The position numbers and the translations under genes are program-made. The notes beneath the pieces are model-generated. The model was not told where the DNA came from, ran no database searches, and saw only the letters and a list, made by a program, of their open reading frames with translations. A DNA stretch of 63,867 nt, counting the filler, from Octopus bimaculoides (Eukaryota): assembly GCF_001194135.2 (NCBI RefSeq). It is 5 parts of 5 records of this genome, joined end to end, with 100 filler letters (N's around TTAATTAATTAA, not from the genome) between each part and the next. Parts side by side here need not be neighbours in the genome. Positions count along the whole stretch, not along the records: positions 22,785 to 50,605 come from NC_068987.1; 4 more parts are not named here. One strand, 5' to 3'. How positions within the stretch are numbered: the first letter of the stretch is position 1; each line of letters starts with the position of its first letter. This document shows positions 26,420 through 41,450 of this stretch, piece by piece.

Positions 26420-26935
26420 GGCCATGATTCTTTTCTACACTAGGCACAAGGCTCGAAATTTTAGGGGAGGGGGCCAGTTGATTAGATCGACCCCAGTACG
26501 CAACTGGCACTTAATTTATCGATCCCGAAAGGATGAAAGGCAAGGTCGATCTCGGCGGAATTTGAACTCAGAATGTAAGGCGTGGACATCATCATTGTGT
26601 AGTTAAGAAGTTCGCGCCGAGGCCACGTGCCTTCGGGTTCCGTCCCACGGCGTAGCAGTTTGTGCCGGCGAATGCCTTCTTAGTGAATTTGGTTGACTAA
26701 AACTGTGTAGAATCCTGTGTGTGAGGGAGAAAGAGATAGAGTGAGAGAGAAAGGGAGACAGACAGACTGTGCTTGTGTTTGTCTCTACCACCACTTGACA
26801 ATCGGGGTTGTTTTGTTTACGTCGTCATAGTCGATTTGTTTGATTAACCCCCTATAAAGGCAGTGCTCCAGCATTGCCGCAGTTCAATGACTGAAACAAG
26901 CAAAACAATAAAATACTGTTTACCAAAAAACGTAA

Positions 26936-26976
<41 letters not shown>

Positions 26977-27788
26977 AAAGAAGGTTTTAAAATGCAATTT
27001 TAAAGATGTTTATTCACTTGACCGGTTTCACTTTTTTAGAAAAAGATTGTCAAAAGTAAAATGTAAAGCTTTGTATGAGCTTTGTTGCATTAAGTACTGG
27101 TCATCACAAAAGTATTAAAATACAGATATACATTCTTTGATAATCGTAAGAAAATGCTAAAAACAGTTTACAAGTAAGTATTTAAGAAAGTAATCAGAAC
27201 GGGACTACAAAAAGCATTTTGAGTTCAGTAAAAATCATGTTNNNNNNNNNNNNNNNNNNNNNNNNNNNNNNNNNNNNNNNNNNNNNNNNNNNNNNNNNNN
27301 NNNNNNNNNNNNNNNNNNNNNNNNNNNNNNNNNNNNNNNNNNNNNNNNNNNNNNNNNNNNNNNNNNNNNNNNNNNNNNNNNNNNNNNNNNNNNNNNNNNN
27401 NNNNNNNNNNNNNNNNNNNNNNNNNNNNNNNNNNNNNNNNNNNNNNNNNNNNNNNNNNNNNNNNNNNNNNNNNNNNNNNNNNNNNNNNNNNNNNNNNNNN
27501 NNNNNNNNNNNNNNNNNNNNNNNNNNNNNNNNNNNNNNNNNNNNNNNNNNNNNNNNNNNNNNNNNNNNNNNNNNNNNNNNNNNNNNNNNNNNNNNNNNNN
27601 NNNNNNNNNNNNNNNNNNNNNNNNNNNNNNNNNNNNNNNNNNNNNNNNNNNNNNNNNNNNNNNNNNNNNNNNNNNNNNNNNNNNNNNNNNNNNNNNNNNN
27701 NNNNNNNNNNNNNNNNNNNNNNNNNNNNNNNNNNNNNNNNNNNNNTATATATATATATATATGACACTCCAATAACATTTATTTAAAC

Positions 27789-28036
27789 CAGTGCTTCTCA
27801 ACCCTTTTTCCCCATGGACACCTTTGATCCCTGTTTTACTCAGGTGGCCCCTCCTAGCCATTCAATTTTTTAAAAATCCTTTTATATTTTTGTAATTAAA
27901 TATTATTAAGGAATTATATAAAACATATTTTGGTGTAATTGTAGAAGTTTAAGCAATTTATTGCTCATAAATTTTAACAACAAAATCTGATATGGACCGC
28001 CTCAAAGGCCGTATGGACCCCAGCTGGGAACCATTG
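27789..28036. mobile_element. hAT-type MITE
   Basis: Ends CAGTGCTTCTCAACC and CTGGGAACCATTG; flanking 8-mers ATTTAAAC and AGTTAAAA match at 6 of 8 positions. Confidence 0.65.
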
Positions 28037-29160
28037 AGTTAAAAGAATTGATATTTCGTCATGTCGGGTTTAAGAAAGGTTCACCATCGAGGATAATTAT
28101 GATTTTTCGAATTACGTGAGATAGCAACTTCCATCACCTTGAAAATCAGAGAGGGCTCAGTGGATGGTGTAGTCCTAGATATACTATGGTTATTTACTCT
28201 TGCGCTTTAAATTGATTGTCGCTATAGTGATTCAGTCGGTTTGCAGTTACGTGCAGGGGCGACAACTGGGAGGTGGTGGGGTGCTGATGAGGGTTGGAAG
28301 TGTTGTTTAACCCTAGTCTGCTCCGATTGAGCAAGCATATGAGCAAAGGCGTTCTGTGCGTGGCCATCCCATGTTTTATACAGACATTCTAGATATGTAT
28401 ATCCTGTCTGCGTATCGCTTTTCATTTTCAGAAATAGTATCTCACATTACATTATTCAGTTTGTCCATTTTTAAGACAGTGAGATGTGAGAGAGATTTGA
28501 TTGCCATTTCTAGCAGCTCGAGTGACCGGCCTAGAGGCTCCCTGGTTGGTTCGTGGTCAGCAGTTTTTGTTGTGATGAAAGTGGTAGTGGTGGTTGGTTG
28601 TGACATGAACTGAAGTTCCTGTTTGTACGTCAATTATCTGACACGGTTGATCGTGTCGGAAACAACATGCCACAGTTGGGCGATTTTACAAATAAGAGAA
28701 ATGAAGCGAAACGATATCGTTATTGTTATTGTGCAGCTTTTTTTTTTACTAGTGAGTGTTTGTGTCAGTAATACTTGTGGTGGTGGTAGTGGTGGTGGTA
28801 GCAGTGTATAGACTCCAGATTAATCCCGGCAGAGTTGGCCATCGTTACGCATATAGTCAACCAAATGACGAGGCGATACACAGATCCAGGTTTCTAGATG
28901 AATAAAGTATGGTTGGAAAAGTTAACGCAGCAGTCGGCAACATGACGGGAGAATATGAATGTAGTGTCGTCTGAGTAGGGAACTGACTGCGTGTTTTGTG
29001 GAGGTGTGCGAGGGTCGTTTAGATAAATGCTGAAAAGAGTTGGGGAAAGTATGGATCTTTGTTGTACTTCATTCGGCTTAACTGCCGGTTCAGGAAATGA
29101 CGTCCTTGTTCAGTCTATAAAATTGACGGCCTAACAGTTAGTCTTCAAACCAGTGTTTTA

Positions 29161-29214
<54 letters not shown>

Positions 29215-30283
29215 AATCGATACGAAAGTAGGGTGTGATTGAAGGGGATTTGGCCGTTATGTCTAGTAGTTCGAGCAACTACATAGAAGCTCTACCACTA
29301 ACTCGTGCATATATATTTGTAGGTATTCTGCATATACATGTGTCATGTTCTTGTATTTTCCAAGTTCGAATCTCGGCGACTGTTGACTTTAAAATAGATA
29401 CTAGTCGTTAGTGTTGTTGTTATAAACAACAGCAACAAATGTACCAGTCAAATACTGGCGTCAATGTAATCGATGAAACCCTCCCCCAAAATTGCTGCCC
29501 TTGTGCTGTCCAAAATTTGAATTATTTATTCTGCAAGTCCTGATGTTTACGAAGAGAAACAACATGCTATGAAACACAAGCATTTATCAAGAGAAGTGGT
29601 AATGAAATGAAACGGAAAATGGCTGCAACCGGAAATTGAGACTGGGCTCGCCAATTCTGATAGTCAAGAGACAGATCAATACTACATATCAAGGCTGTTT
29701 GCCTGGAAGAATCACAAAGAAGAATCAGCAGGGAATGCCTCCAGCAATCCTGGTCCGACTACCGCTTCCTGTTTAAACTGCGTAACGGGAGGTCGTTTTT
29801 GCCTTTTACTATCAATAAAAATGGGAGTAGATAAAGAGAGTTGTGCTTGGGTGGCGCTTCGCTGTTCTTGCTACGTCGGGTGTTCTGTATCTAAGGACGG
29901 ACAGGTATCTGGTAGCTGCTCCGCGGAGTACAACATGAGATGGTGATGCCTTTCCGATTGACTTTAATAAAAGGTTAGCTGGGTCGTTTAGGACTTCACT
30001 TTGCAGCCACGTGGTTTTAGGTGCAATGCCAGGCAACTCCGCTATCAGCGCCGGGCCGATCAATGCTTTGTGAGTAAATGTGGCAGATAAAAGCTGTGTG
30101 AAAGCCCATTGTGTGTGTGTGTATATATATATATGTGTGTGTGCTTACCAACCACATGGTTCCGGGTTCAGTCCCACTGCGTGGCATCTTGGGCAAGTGT
30201 CTTCTACTATAGCCTCGGGCCGACCAAAGCCTTGCGAGTGGATTTGGTAGACGGAAACTGAAAGAAGCCCGTCGTATATATGT

Positions 30284-30317
<34 letters not shown>

Positions 30318-30394
30318 ATGTGTGTGTGTGTAAGTGTGTGTGTCTGTGTTTGTCCCCCTAGCATTGCTAGGATATATATATATATATCCTGATC

Positions 30395-30716
30395 AGCACT
30401 CCGTCAGTTGCGACGACAAGGATTCCAGTTGATCCGATCAACCGAACAACCTTCTCGTGAAATTAACGTGCAGGTGGCTGAGCACTCCACGGACACGCGT
30501 AACCTTAACGTAGTTCCCAAGAAGATTCAGCGTTACACAGAATGTGACAAGGTTGGCCCTTTGAAATACAGATACATCTCATTTCTGCCAACTGAGTGGA
30601 CTGGAGCAACGTGAAATAAAGTGTCTTACTTAAGGATACAACGTATCGTTGGGAATCGATATCGCGACCCTACGGCCGTGAGCGGAATATCCTAACCACT
30701 AAGCCCGCGTCTTCAT
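30395..30716 (-). mobile_element. Hybrid SINE: D-type head and core with C-type 3' tail
   Basis: On the minus strand, TGAAGACGCGGGCTTAGTGGTTAGG...AGACACTTTATTTCACGTTGCTCCAG is followed by TTCAAAGGGCCAACCTTGTCAC...GATCGGATCAACTGGAA. Confidence 0.75.
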
Positions 30717-30980
30717 TTATGTGTGTGTGTGTATATGTGTGTGTGTGTATGTGTGTTTGTCTCCACTACCGTTTGACAACCCAGTGTTGGTTAGTTTACA
30801 TCCTCGTAACTTAGCGGTTCGACAAAAGAATCNNNNNNNNNNTGACAACCCAGTGTTGGTTAGTTTACATCCTCGTAACTTAGCGGTTCGACAAAAGAAT
30901 CCGATAGGACAAGTACCAGACTTAAAATAAATAATCCTTTCTACTATAGGCACAAACCACTAAGCCCGCGTCTTCATTTA

Positions 30981-31011
<31 letters not shown>

Positions 31012-34000
31012 ATGTGTGTTTGTCTCCACTACCGTTTGACAACCCAGTGTTGGTTAGTTTACATCCTCGTAACTAAGCGGTTCGACAAAAGAATCCGATA
31101 GGACAAGTACCAGACTTAAAATAAATAATCCTTTCTACTATAGGCACAAGNNNNNNNNNNNNNNNNNNNNNNNNNNNNNNNNNNNNNNNNNNNNNNNNNN
31201 NNNNNNNNNNNNNNNNNNNNNNNNNNNNNNNNNNNNNNNNNNNNNNNNNNNNNNNNNNNNNNNNNNNNNNNNNNNNNNNNNNNNNNNNNNNNNNNNNNNN
31301 NNNNNNNNNNNNNNNNNNNNNNNNNNNNNNNNNNNNNNNNNNNNNNNNNNNNNNNNNNNNNNNNNNNNNNNNNNNNNNNNNNNNNNNNNNNNNNNNNNNN
31401 NNNNNNNNNNNNNNNNNNNNNNNNNNNNNNNNNNNNNNNNNNNNNNNNNNNNNNNNNNNNNNNNNNNNNNNNNNNNNNNNNNNNNNNNNNNNNNNNNNNN
31501 NNNNNNNNNNNNNNNNNNNNNNNNNNNNNNNNNNNNNNNNNNNNNNNNNNNNNNNNNNNNNNNNNNNNNNNNNNNNNNNNNNNNNNNNNNNNNNNNNNNN
31601 NNNNNNNNNNNNNNNNNNNNNNNNNNNNNNNNNNNNNNNNNNNNNNNNNNNNNNNNNNNNNNNNNNNNNNNNNNNNNNNNNNNNNNNNNNNNNNNNNNNN
31701 NNNNNNNNNNNNNNNNNNNNNNNNNNNNNNNNNNNNNNNNNNNNNNNNNNNNNNNNNNNNNNNNNNNNNNNNNNNNNNNNNNNNNNNNNNNNNNNNNNNN
31801 NNNNNNNNNNNNNNNNNNNNNNNNNNNNNNNNNNNNNNNNNNNNNNNNNNNNNNNNNNNNNNNNNNNNNNNNNNNNNNNNNNNNNNNNNNNNNNNNNNNN
31901 NNNNNNNNNNNNNNNNNNNNNNNNNNNNNNNNNNNNNNNNNNNNNNNNNNNNNNNNNNNNNNNNNNNNNNNNNNNNNNNNNNNNNNNNNNNNNNNNNNNN
32001 NNNNNNNNNNNNNNNNNNNNNNNNNNNNNNNNNNNNNNNNNNNNNNNNNNNNNNNNNNNNNNNNNNNNNNNNNNNNNNNNNNNNNNNNNNNNNNNNNNNN
32101 NNNNNNNNNNNNNNNNNNNNNNNNNNNNNNNNNNNNNNNNNNNNGTGTGTGTGTGTGTATATGTGTGTGTGTGTATGTGTGTTTGTCTCCACTACCGTTT
32201 GACAACCCAGTGTTGGTTAGTTTACATCCTCGTAACTAAGCGGTTCGACAAAAGAATCCGATAGGACAAGTACCAGACTTAAAATAAATAATCCTTTCTA
32301 CTATAGGCACAAGGCCTGAAATTGTGGTGGTGGTGGTGGGGGCTAGTCGATTAGATCGACCCCAGTACATAACTGGTACTTATTTCATCGACCCCGAAAG
32401 GATGAATGGCAAGGTCGACCTCGGCGGAATTTGAACTCAGAACGTAGTGACGGGCGAGATACCGTGAAGCATTCCGTCCATCGTGCCGACGATTCTGCCC
32501 GCTCGCCACCCTGACTTAAAATAAACAACAGGATTGATTTCTTCGATTAAATTCTTCTAGGCTGTGCTCCAGCAGGGTCGCAGTCGAACGACTGAAATAT
32601 GTAAAAGATAAAAGATTAAGATAAAAGGATTATATTGTCCCAAAGCTACAAATTGGTAAAGAAGTGGAACAGTTTATACAATCGATTCCGGAGTGAGGAA
32701 AAAACAATGACGTCATTAACAAAATTGGAATTCAGAAGAGAATTGGATGGTGAATACCATTTAGACCTGACCTCTGCCGTTTTTGCCATAACTCCGTGTA
32801 TTCTAGGGGAACAAATAATGCATCGCGAAGACATGTAGTTGTTAATTATGAGAGTCATAGTATATTACTGGTATCTAATTTATTGTTTATCTTTTACTTG
32901 CCTCAGTCAGTGGACTGAGACCACGCTGGGGTATCGTCTTCAAAGGTTTGGTCGAACAAATCGACTCCACTAGTTATTTTTTTAAAGTCTGGTACTTATT
33001 TTATCAGCTTCTTTTGCCAAATGCTCCAGCATGACCGCAGCCGCATAGCTGACACAAATAAAATAAGTAAAAGAATACGGCTACGTGACAAACCTATACT
33101 GGTTGTTAAGCGGTAGTAGGGGACAGACAGACAGACACACGCACACACGCGCAGTTTCCGTCAACTAAATTCACTCACAAGGCATTAGTCGAACCGGGAC
33201 TATAGAAGAAGAGACTTGACCAAGGTACCACACAGTAGAACTTGAACCCGAAATCACTTGGTTGCAAAACAAGCTTCTTAGTTATACGACCATGCCCATG
33301 GAAACTCGAATGAATGAAAGATAAAGTCGAAATACAAAGTCAACTCCCGTAAGATTTGAACGCAGGAAGCTGGAGCATTGATGCAGGCAACGAAAAGGAA
33401 CCTCTACGCGGACGCTACACCTGTCAAAAATAGCTGCCATGTCTTCAAAATATATTTTAAGGCCGTCTTAAAAATGGACGGATACGTTTAATGTTGTTAA
33501 TGATAAATAATAATGCGTGATAACAGCTGGAAAGCCTTTGTTCGTAGGTCTAATCTAACAGGGATGACATAGGGACTAGACAACAATAACAACGTGAAGA
33601 ATCTAGCGGAGGGTTGTTTGTGCCAAATCTTTTTCCTTCGGGAAAATAACTACCGGTTACAACTAGTTACAACAACAATATTGGGATATATTTATTAAGA
33701 TTGCTTTCATATTTAAGCATAAAACCACAAGCATATAGAAGGGGGGGGGAAGAGGCCTTCTGGAGTTCATGCAGTTCTTAAAACCCTTGGTGGTTTAATT
33801 GAAATAGATTTGGGTTCAATTCGGAATCGAAACCGTGTCTCGGGTTTAACATGTTACGAGCTTATTATCTGGTGACGGTCATCGTAAGTATGAAATATAT
33901 TTTGTGTGTGTGATAAAGAGAGAGACTTTATATTTATTACAGAGAATTGGAAGTTGTGAGCTTCATACCTTTCCCAATAGTATTAGTGACGTAAGAGAAG

Positions 34001-34090
34001 TTAGGCAATTTCGAACGGGAACTGAAACCGAGTTATTCGCTTGGATTCCTGTAAGCTTACCTCTTGTGATCTTCCAATATGTCTTATATT

Positions 34091-34305
34091 GGTTTCACAT
34101 TTTGGCACAAGGTCAGCAATTTTAGGGGAGGGGACAAGTCGATTACATCAGCCCCAATGCTCGACGGGTACTTATTTTGTCGACCCCGAAAGGATGAGAG
34201 GCAAAGTCGATCCCGGTGGAATATGAACTCAGAACATTAACGACGGACGAAATGTCATTAAGCCTTTTGCCCGGCGTGCTAACGATTCTACCAGCGCGCC
34301 GCCTT
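34091..34305 (-). mobile_element. SINE family A with 16-bp TSD, downstream of the nompC exon
   Basis: CAATATGTCTTATATT at 34075-34090 and 34306-34321. Confidence 0.9.
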
Positions 34306-34436
34306 CAATATGTCTTATATTAAAGGTAAGACAAACATCCTATAAGTTAAATAAACAAAAGCAAGGAGAGGAGGAAGAGGACGAGAAAGAAACTGAAGAA
34401 GAAAAGAAGGAAAATGAAGAAAAAGAGGAGGAGGGC

Positions 34437-34518
34437 GAAGAAGAAGAAGAAGAAGAAGAAGAAGAAGAAGAAGAAGAAGAAGAAGAAGAAGAAGAAGAAG
34501 AAGAAGAAGAAGAAGAAG
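34437..34518. repeat. (GAA)n array, about 27 units, 80 nt into nompC intron 1
   Basis: Uninterrupted GAA run inside a purine-rich tract spanning about 34355-34520. Confidence 0.95.
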
Positions 34519-34597
34519 ACCATCGACGAGAACAACGACTATGTTGATGCGAAGGTCGATGGACGCGACTGAACGAACGACTGAACGAATCACTCAC

Positions 34598-35086
34598 CTT
34601 ATCTGCTTCGTTCACCTCCTTGTGGTCCTTTTCCAACGTTTTCATTCGCATCTCAGTCCCCAACCAGTCTTTCTTCTGACATAACGACAACAAAGTTTCG
34701 GAAGTCGCCCATTGTTGGGGAGTTTTCGCAGGAGGTGCTTCCTTATTGCTATTATCCTTCAAGCCGTTTACTTCGGAACCCTTTCTGTGTTGCGAGGGAG
34801 TTTTCTGTTCGGAATTTTTTTGTTCTGAGCCTTTTTGCTCAGAGTTTTTTTGTTCCGGGTGTTTGGGATCAGAATTTTTCTGGTCGGCAGTTTTTTGGTC
34901 AGAGTTTTTCTGTTCGGAGTTTTTGGGCCCATGAGTTTTTTTCTCGTGGGTTTTCTTCTCCGAAGCCTTCTGTTCTGAACTGGGAGTAGTTTCGCCAGTT
35001 TCATGAGGGTTTTCACTAGTATCACTCACCGCGCTTTTAGTCGAGGTGATAATCCGTCTACTCGGTCTGCGTGTGATTTTCTTCAT
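34598..35086 (-). CDS. nompC: Probable first coding exon of the NompC/TRPN1 mechanosensitive TRP channel
   Basis: ATG at 35086 with no upstream in-frame ATG seen; donor AAG|gtgagt at 34597; 163 aa. A low-complexity N-terminus is followed by [34 protein letters not shown]. From memory this resembles the helix before ankyrin repeat 1 of TRPN1 proteins (LLxLxQxxEWxxxExxLKxLEK...D-x-E-TGxTPL). No ankyrin exon was found in the window. Confidence 0.75.
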
Positions 35087-35657
35087 AGCTAGGCCAAAGA
35101 TACAGCTGCTTAAAGACGGTCGTCGTACAAAATCTTGATACAAGTTTCAAATTCGACCAAATCGCAGTTGTTTGTTATTTACCATGTTGGTCTGCATTTA
35201 ATCAGTCGAACGTATAGAGTTCGTATTTACAGCTATCCACCTACCATCCGTCTAACGATAGCCTACGTCACGGACTGATGCTGTGGACAATGGAAGGACT
35301 GCCTCCCCTTCCTCTACCTTTCTCTACTTTCCACTACCTTCCTTTTTTTCGCCACTTCACACTTTCTTCACCCCGCCTCTCTCTCCCTTTCTATCTAATT
35401 TCTTTCCTCCCTTTATGGCTACATTCTTTCTTCCTCTCTTTTTATTGACCAATTCTCTCACACTCCTACCTATTAGACATAGTTTTTGTCTCTCCCTCGC
35501 TTTATCATTTGATTTTCACTCCACACTCTCCTCAACCCACTGCCGCCTGCTCTCCTCTATGCACGCCCTTTCCCACTGTCGTCTGCTCTTTTCAGAATAC
35601 TAACATTGTTCAACTTTACCTCAGACTTCCGTCAGTCACTCCCAATGTACACTGTCA

Positions 35658-35736
<79 letters not shown>

Positions 35737-36324
35737 CCTCTCTCATATGTAAAACAGTCTCACTGCCTTTCCTCACTTAAATTCTCTCTCTCCCCCTCTC
35801 TCTAAATGTAAGCATATATGGGTGTTAGTGTGTATGCATATGTATCTGTATTTATATATGCGTATCTGTATGTGTGTCTTATACATACATATGTATGTAT
35901 AGACACACACATATGTGTATGCATAGTCACATACATATATATAGTGATAGATACAGATACATGCATACATATATATACGTATGTATGTGTATGTGTGTGT
36001 GTATTCATACATATACATACATGCAAACATGCAGACATACATAAAAACGCACGCACCGACATACAGACACACACTAGCATATCATGAAGTCTTCAAAATA
36101 AAAACATCCGTTTCAGTTCATTATATATTTAGCTCATATATATAAATATATTATTACTTTGAATATGAATATTTTTATTACTCATTGAGTTCTCTACTAA
36201 AAATGCAGAAATATTGTCGTTGTATTTACCACATATTACCATTATCCTCCTCCTCCTCCTCCTCATCTCATCATCATCATCATCATCATCGTCGTCGTCG
36301 TCGTCGTCGTCGTTGTTTTTGTTG

Positions 36325-38135
<1,811 letters not shown>

Positions 38136-38194
38136 TTTCCCTACTGTTTTTTATAATAATAATTTCGAAAAAGTATGACGAAGAATTATTATTA

Positions 38195-38725
38195 TTGAAT
38201 GAGAGAGCAGTGCATGCCATCAAAGTGACATTGGGGTGCAGATATACAAAATCCAATATACACATCATGACTACCCGTCTGATTAGGATACACCAGGCAC
38301 ATGCATCACAACCGTGTGCGCGACATGGTGGTCTCATATCAAGATAAACAGCGGATGAGCTTGTAGGTAGGGCCCAGTTAGAATTTTCTTCAGGTCGAGT
38401 AGCCTATCCCACTCAAAAGGTCCCTGAATAAGGTTTGTTTAAGGAGGATGAACGAAACACCTATGTTTCCAGAGGTAAATTATTCAAACCCCCAAAAGGA
38501 TTCCTCCCAAAATATGGCTATGATGCACCCCCACTACTTCTACTCGTCATCAGAGATGCACATATCGTCAGCCACTAAAGGACATGCTCAACTGGTTAAG
38601 GTCAAACAACTGACAAGCAAATCTGTAGTATTGAGCAGAATATTTGCTGTAGCCCATCTTTTTATACCAAGACAAAACATGTACGTGATAACTCTTTCAA
38701 TCAGCTAAGATTAGAGCCACTGCCT
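38195..38725 (-). mobile_element. Non-coding interspersed repeat ending in (TAA)n, possibly Dong-mobilised
   Basis: Bracketed by TAA arrays; an internal 57-nt segment recurs at about 60586-60650. Confidence 0.5.
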
Positions 38726-38726
38726 G

Positions 38727-38855
<129 letters not shown>

Positions 38856-38866
38856 AAATAAAACTA

Positions 38867-38901
<35 letters not shown>

Positions 38902-40263
38902 NNNNNNNNNNNNNNNNNNNNNNNNNNNNNNNNNNNNNNNNNNNNNNNNNNNNNNNNNNNNNNNNNNNNNNNNNNNNNNNNNNNNNNNNNNNNNNNNNNN
39001 NNNNNNNNNNNNNNNNNNNNNNNNNNNNNNNNNNNNNNNNNNNNNNNNNNNNNNNNNNNNNNNNNNNNNNNNNNNNNNNNNNNNNNNNNNNNNNNNNNNN
39101 NNNNNNNNNNNNNNNNNNNNNNNNNNNNNNNNNNNNNNNNNNNNNNNNNNNNNNNNNNNNNNNNNNNNNNNNNNNNNNNNNNNNNNNNNNNNNNNNNNNN
39201 NNNNNNNNNNNNNNNNNNNNNNNNNNNNNNNNNNNNNNNNNNNNNNNNNNNNNNNNNNNNNNNNATAATAATAATAATAATAATAATAATAATTATTATT
39301 ATTATTATTGTTGTTGTTGTACTTGAGTTGTCCTTATATATGACAGGTAACTTTGGGAGTATACATTTATCATGGGTAATATAAAAGTTAAATTATGATT
39401 ATTGCATACAAGCCATATTCCTTGGATATTTTATTCGATTTCGAACCAAACAATGCTTGAGGCCTTTGTACCATAAGGAATTACCAAGAAAGAAAAGAAG
39501 GGACCTACAAACTGAAAAGACATCGATTATTAGAAAGCTTAGAGGACTGAATTTCATAGATAAGATGGAAACAAAACGATGTGAAAGAGTTTCAAAGAGA
39601 AGTTATTCGAGGAAAGAAGGAAACGGAATTAAAAGACTCATGACTAAAAGGAACCTTAACAGGGAAACTATGTCCCTGGGAAAAGAAGCAGGGGACACGT
39701 TTACCTCTGGTGGCAAAAGTGTATTCATATTTTTGTAGTCATTATGGCGGCGAGCTAGTAGAATCGTTACCGTGTCCGGCAAAATGCTTAGCAATCTGAG
39801 TTCAAATTCCGCTGAGGTCGATTTTACTTTTCACCATTTCGAGGTCGATAAAACAAGTACCAGTTTGGTACTGGGGTTTATGTAATCGACTTACACTCCC
39901 CACCCTCCAGCACCTAAATTTCTGGCCTTGTGTCAAAATTTGAAACCAATATTATTGCAGTAGCTGTAGTGATATCTTCATTTGAAACAGTTTACTATGA
40001 ATTCTTAAGTTAGCGAATTCCCAAGTGATTAATGCAAAAAGAAAAGAAATATTGCTAAGGAATAGCTTTCTTGAAAAGCAGTCTAAGGAAAAAATATTCA
40101 TTACAATAAATATTGAACTATTGCAGAGTCTTTCTTCAGCCACAACGAACTACTCCGTCATTTACTTCTCCTCCTACACCCCCGTTCCTAAGATTCTTTC
40201 TCTCTCGCTGTGTCTGTAGCGTTCTTTTGCATTCGTCGTGCATCCATTATGTTAATTTTCTCC

Positions 40264-40359
<96 letters not shown>

Positions 40360-40617
40360 CTCATTGTGTTTAGCGTTTTTTGATGTCCTGTACCCATATA
40401 TGCATGTATGTATACATATAAATGTAGGTATGTACATATATGTATGGATAGATGCATATATTCATATATTATTTATATTGTATATTTATATATATATATC
40501 TACGTATATATATCTATATCTACGCATATACATATGCACACACACACACACATGCACACACATCTATGTATGTGTGTCTATAAATATGTGTGTTTGTTTG
40601 TTTGTGCGTGTGCGTGC

Positions 40618-40672
<55 letters not shown>

Positions 40673-41409
40673 CGCGCGTGCAAATTGTATTAACTTCATT
40701 GGATTTCACTGATTCAAAGAGGATTACTTTCAAATTTAATGTTCAACGCGTGATTTGAGTTTAGAATTTCATATTCTTTCATTTAAAACGTATCACAAGG
40801 AACGTTTGGGCCGATGTGCGTGTGAGTGTGTGCGCACGCGGGCTTGCGTGATTTTCATTACAATGGATCTATGAAAGATCTGCACATATTAAAGTGATGC
40901 ATGCCACTAAGTGACCAGAGAGAGAGTCACGCAGATTAGACAGTGTAGTAATCCATAATCCATGCACGAAAGGCATTTATGAAGCAGAGGCACTGTTGTT
41001 GAGTAGTCTGCAATTCTATTAATATTCCAGAGTTTCCATCCTCAATGAATGGACCCTAGAGTGTGGTGTAAAGGCATAATAAAATCAGACGAATGAGTTC
41101 TCAATTATTGCTACAATTGTTTCGATAGGTGTTTTTATTTTGACGCAAACATAATACAACTAGTATTATTAAACTTGTCGATAATCTGTGGATTAACCAA
41201 CATGTCCGCGTTCATCTGTTTTACATGGTTACCGGACGAGTTTGTGAGTTGTATTGTGTAATATGATTGTAGTGTGCTTAACTCAAAATAAAAGAACTTC
41301 TAACGAAACAATTGTTGCAACACTTGAAAACCGTTCGTTTGTTTTTATCATATATACATATAAACATAAAACCTGCGTATATATACACATATATATATAT
41401 ATAGACACA

Positions 41410-41450
<41 letters not shown>

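Noticed and set aside
28222-28633. Possible first exon MSQPTTT...KMDKLNN and ankyrin-like words RTPLL/SPLHV
   Set aside because: Weak splice signals, wrong ankyrin spacing (30 rather than 33 aa), and no match to expected NompC or XPNPEP sequence.
30700-32300. Apparent tandem array of a SINE 3' module; also duplications at 24818-24937 and 62437-62545
   Set aside because: The copies are identical and flank N gaps, typical of unmerged contig overlaps; not supportable without long reads.
33948-34030. Small minus-strand exon candidate after nompC exon 1
   Set aside because: The phase-0 frame required by exon 1 hits a stop, and no TPL motif is present.
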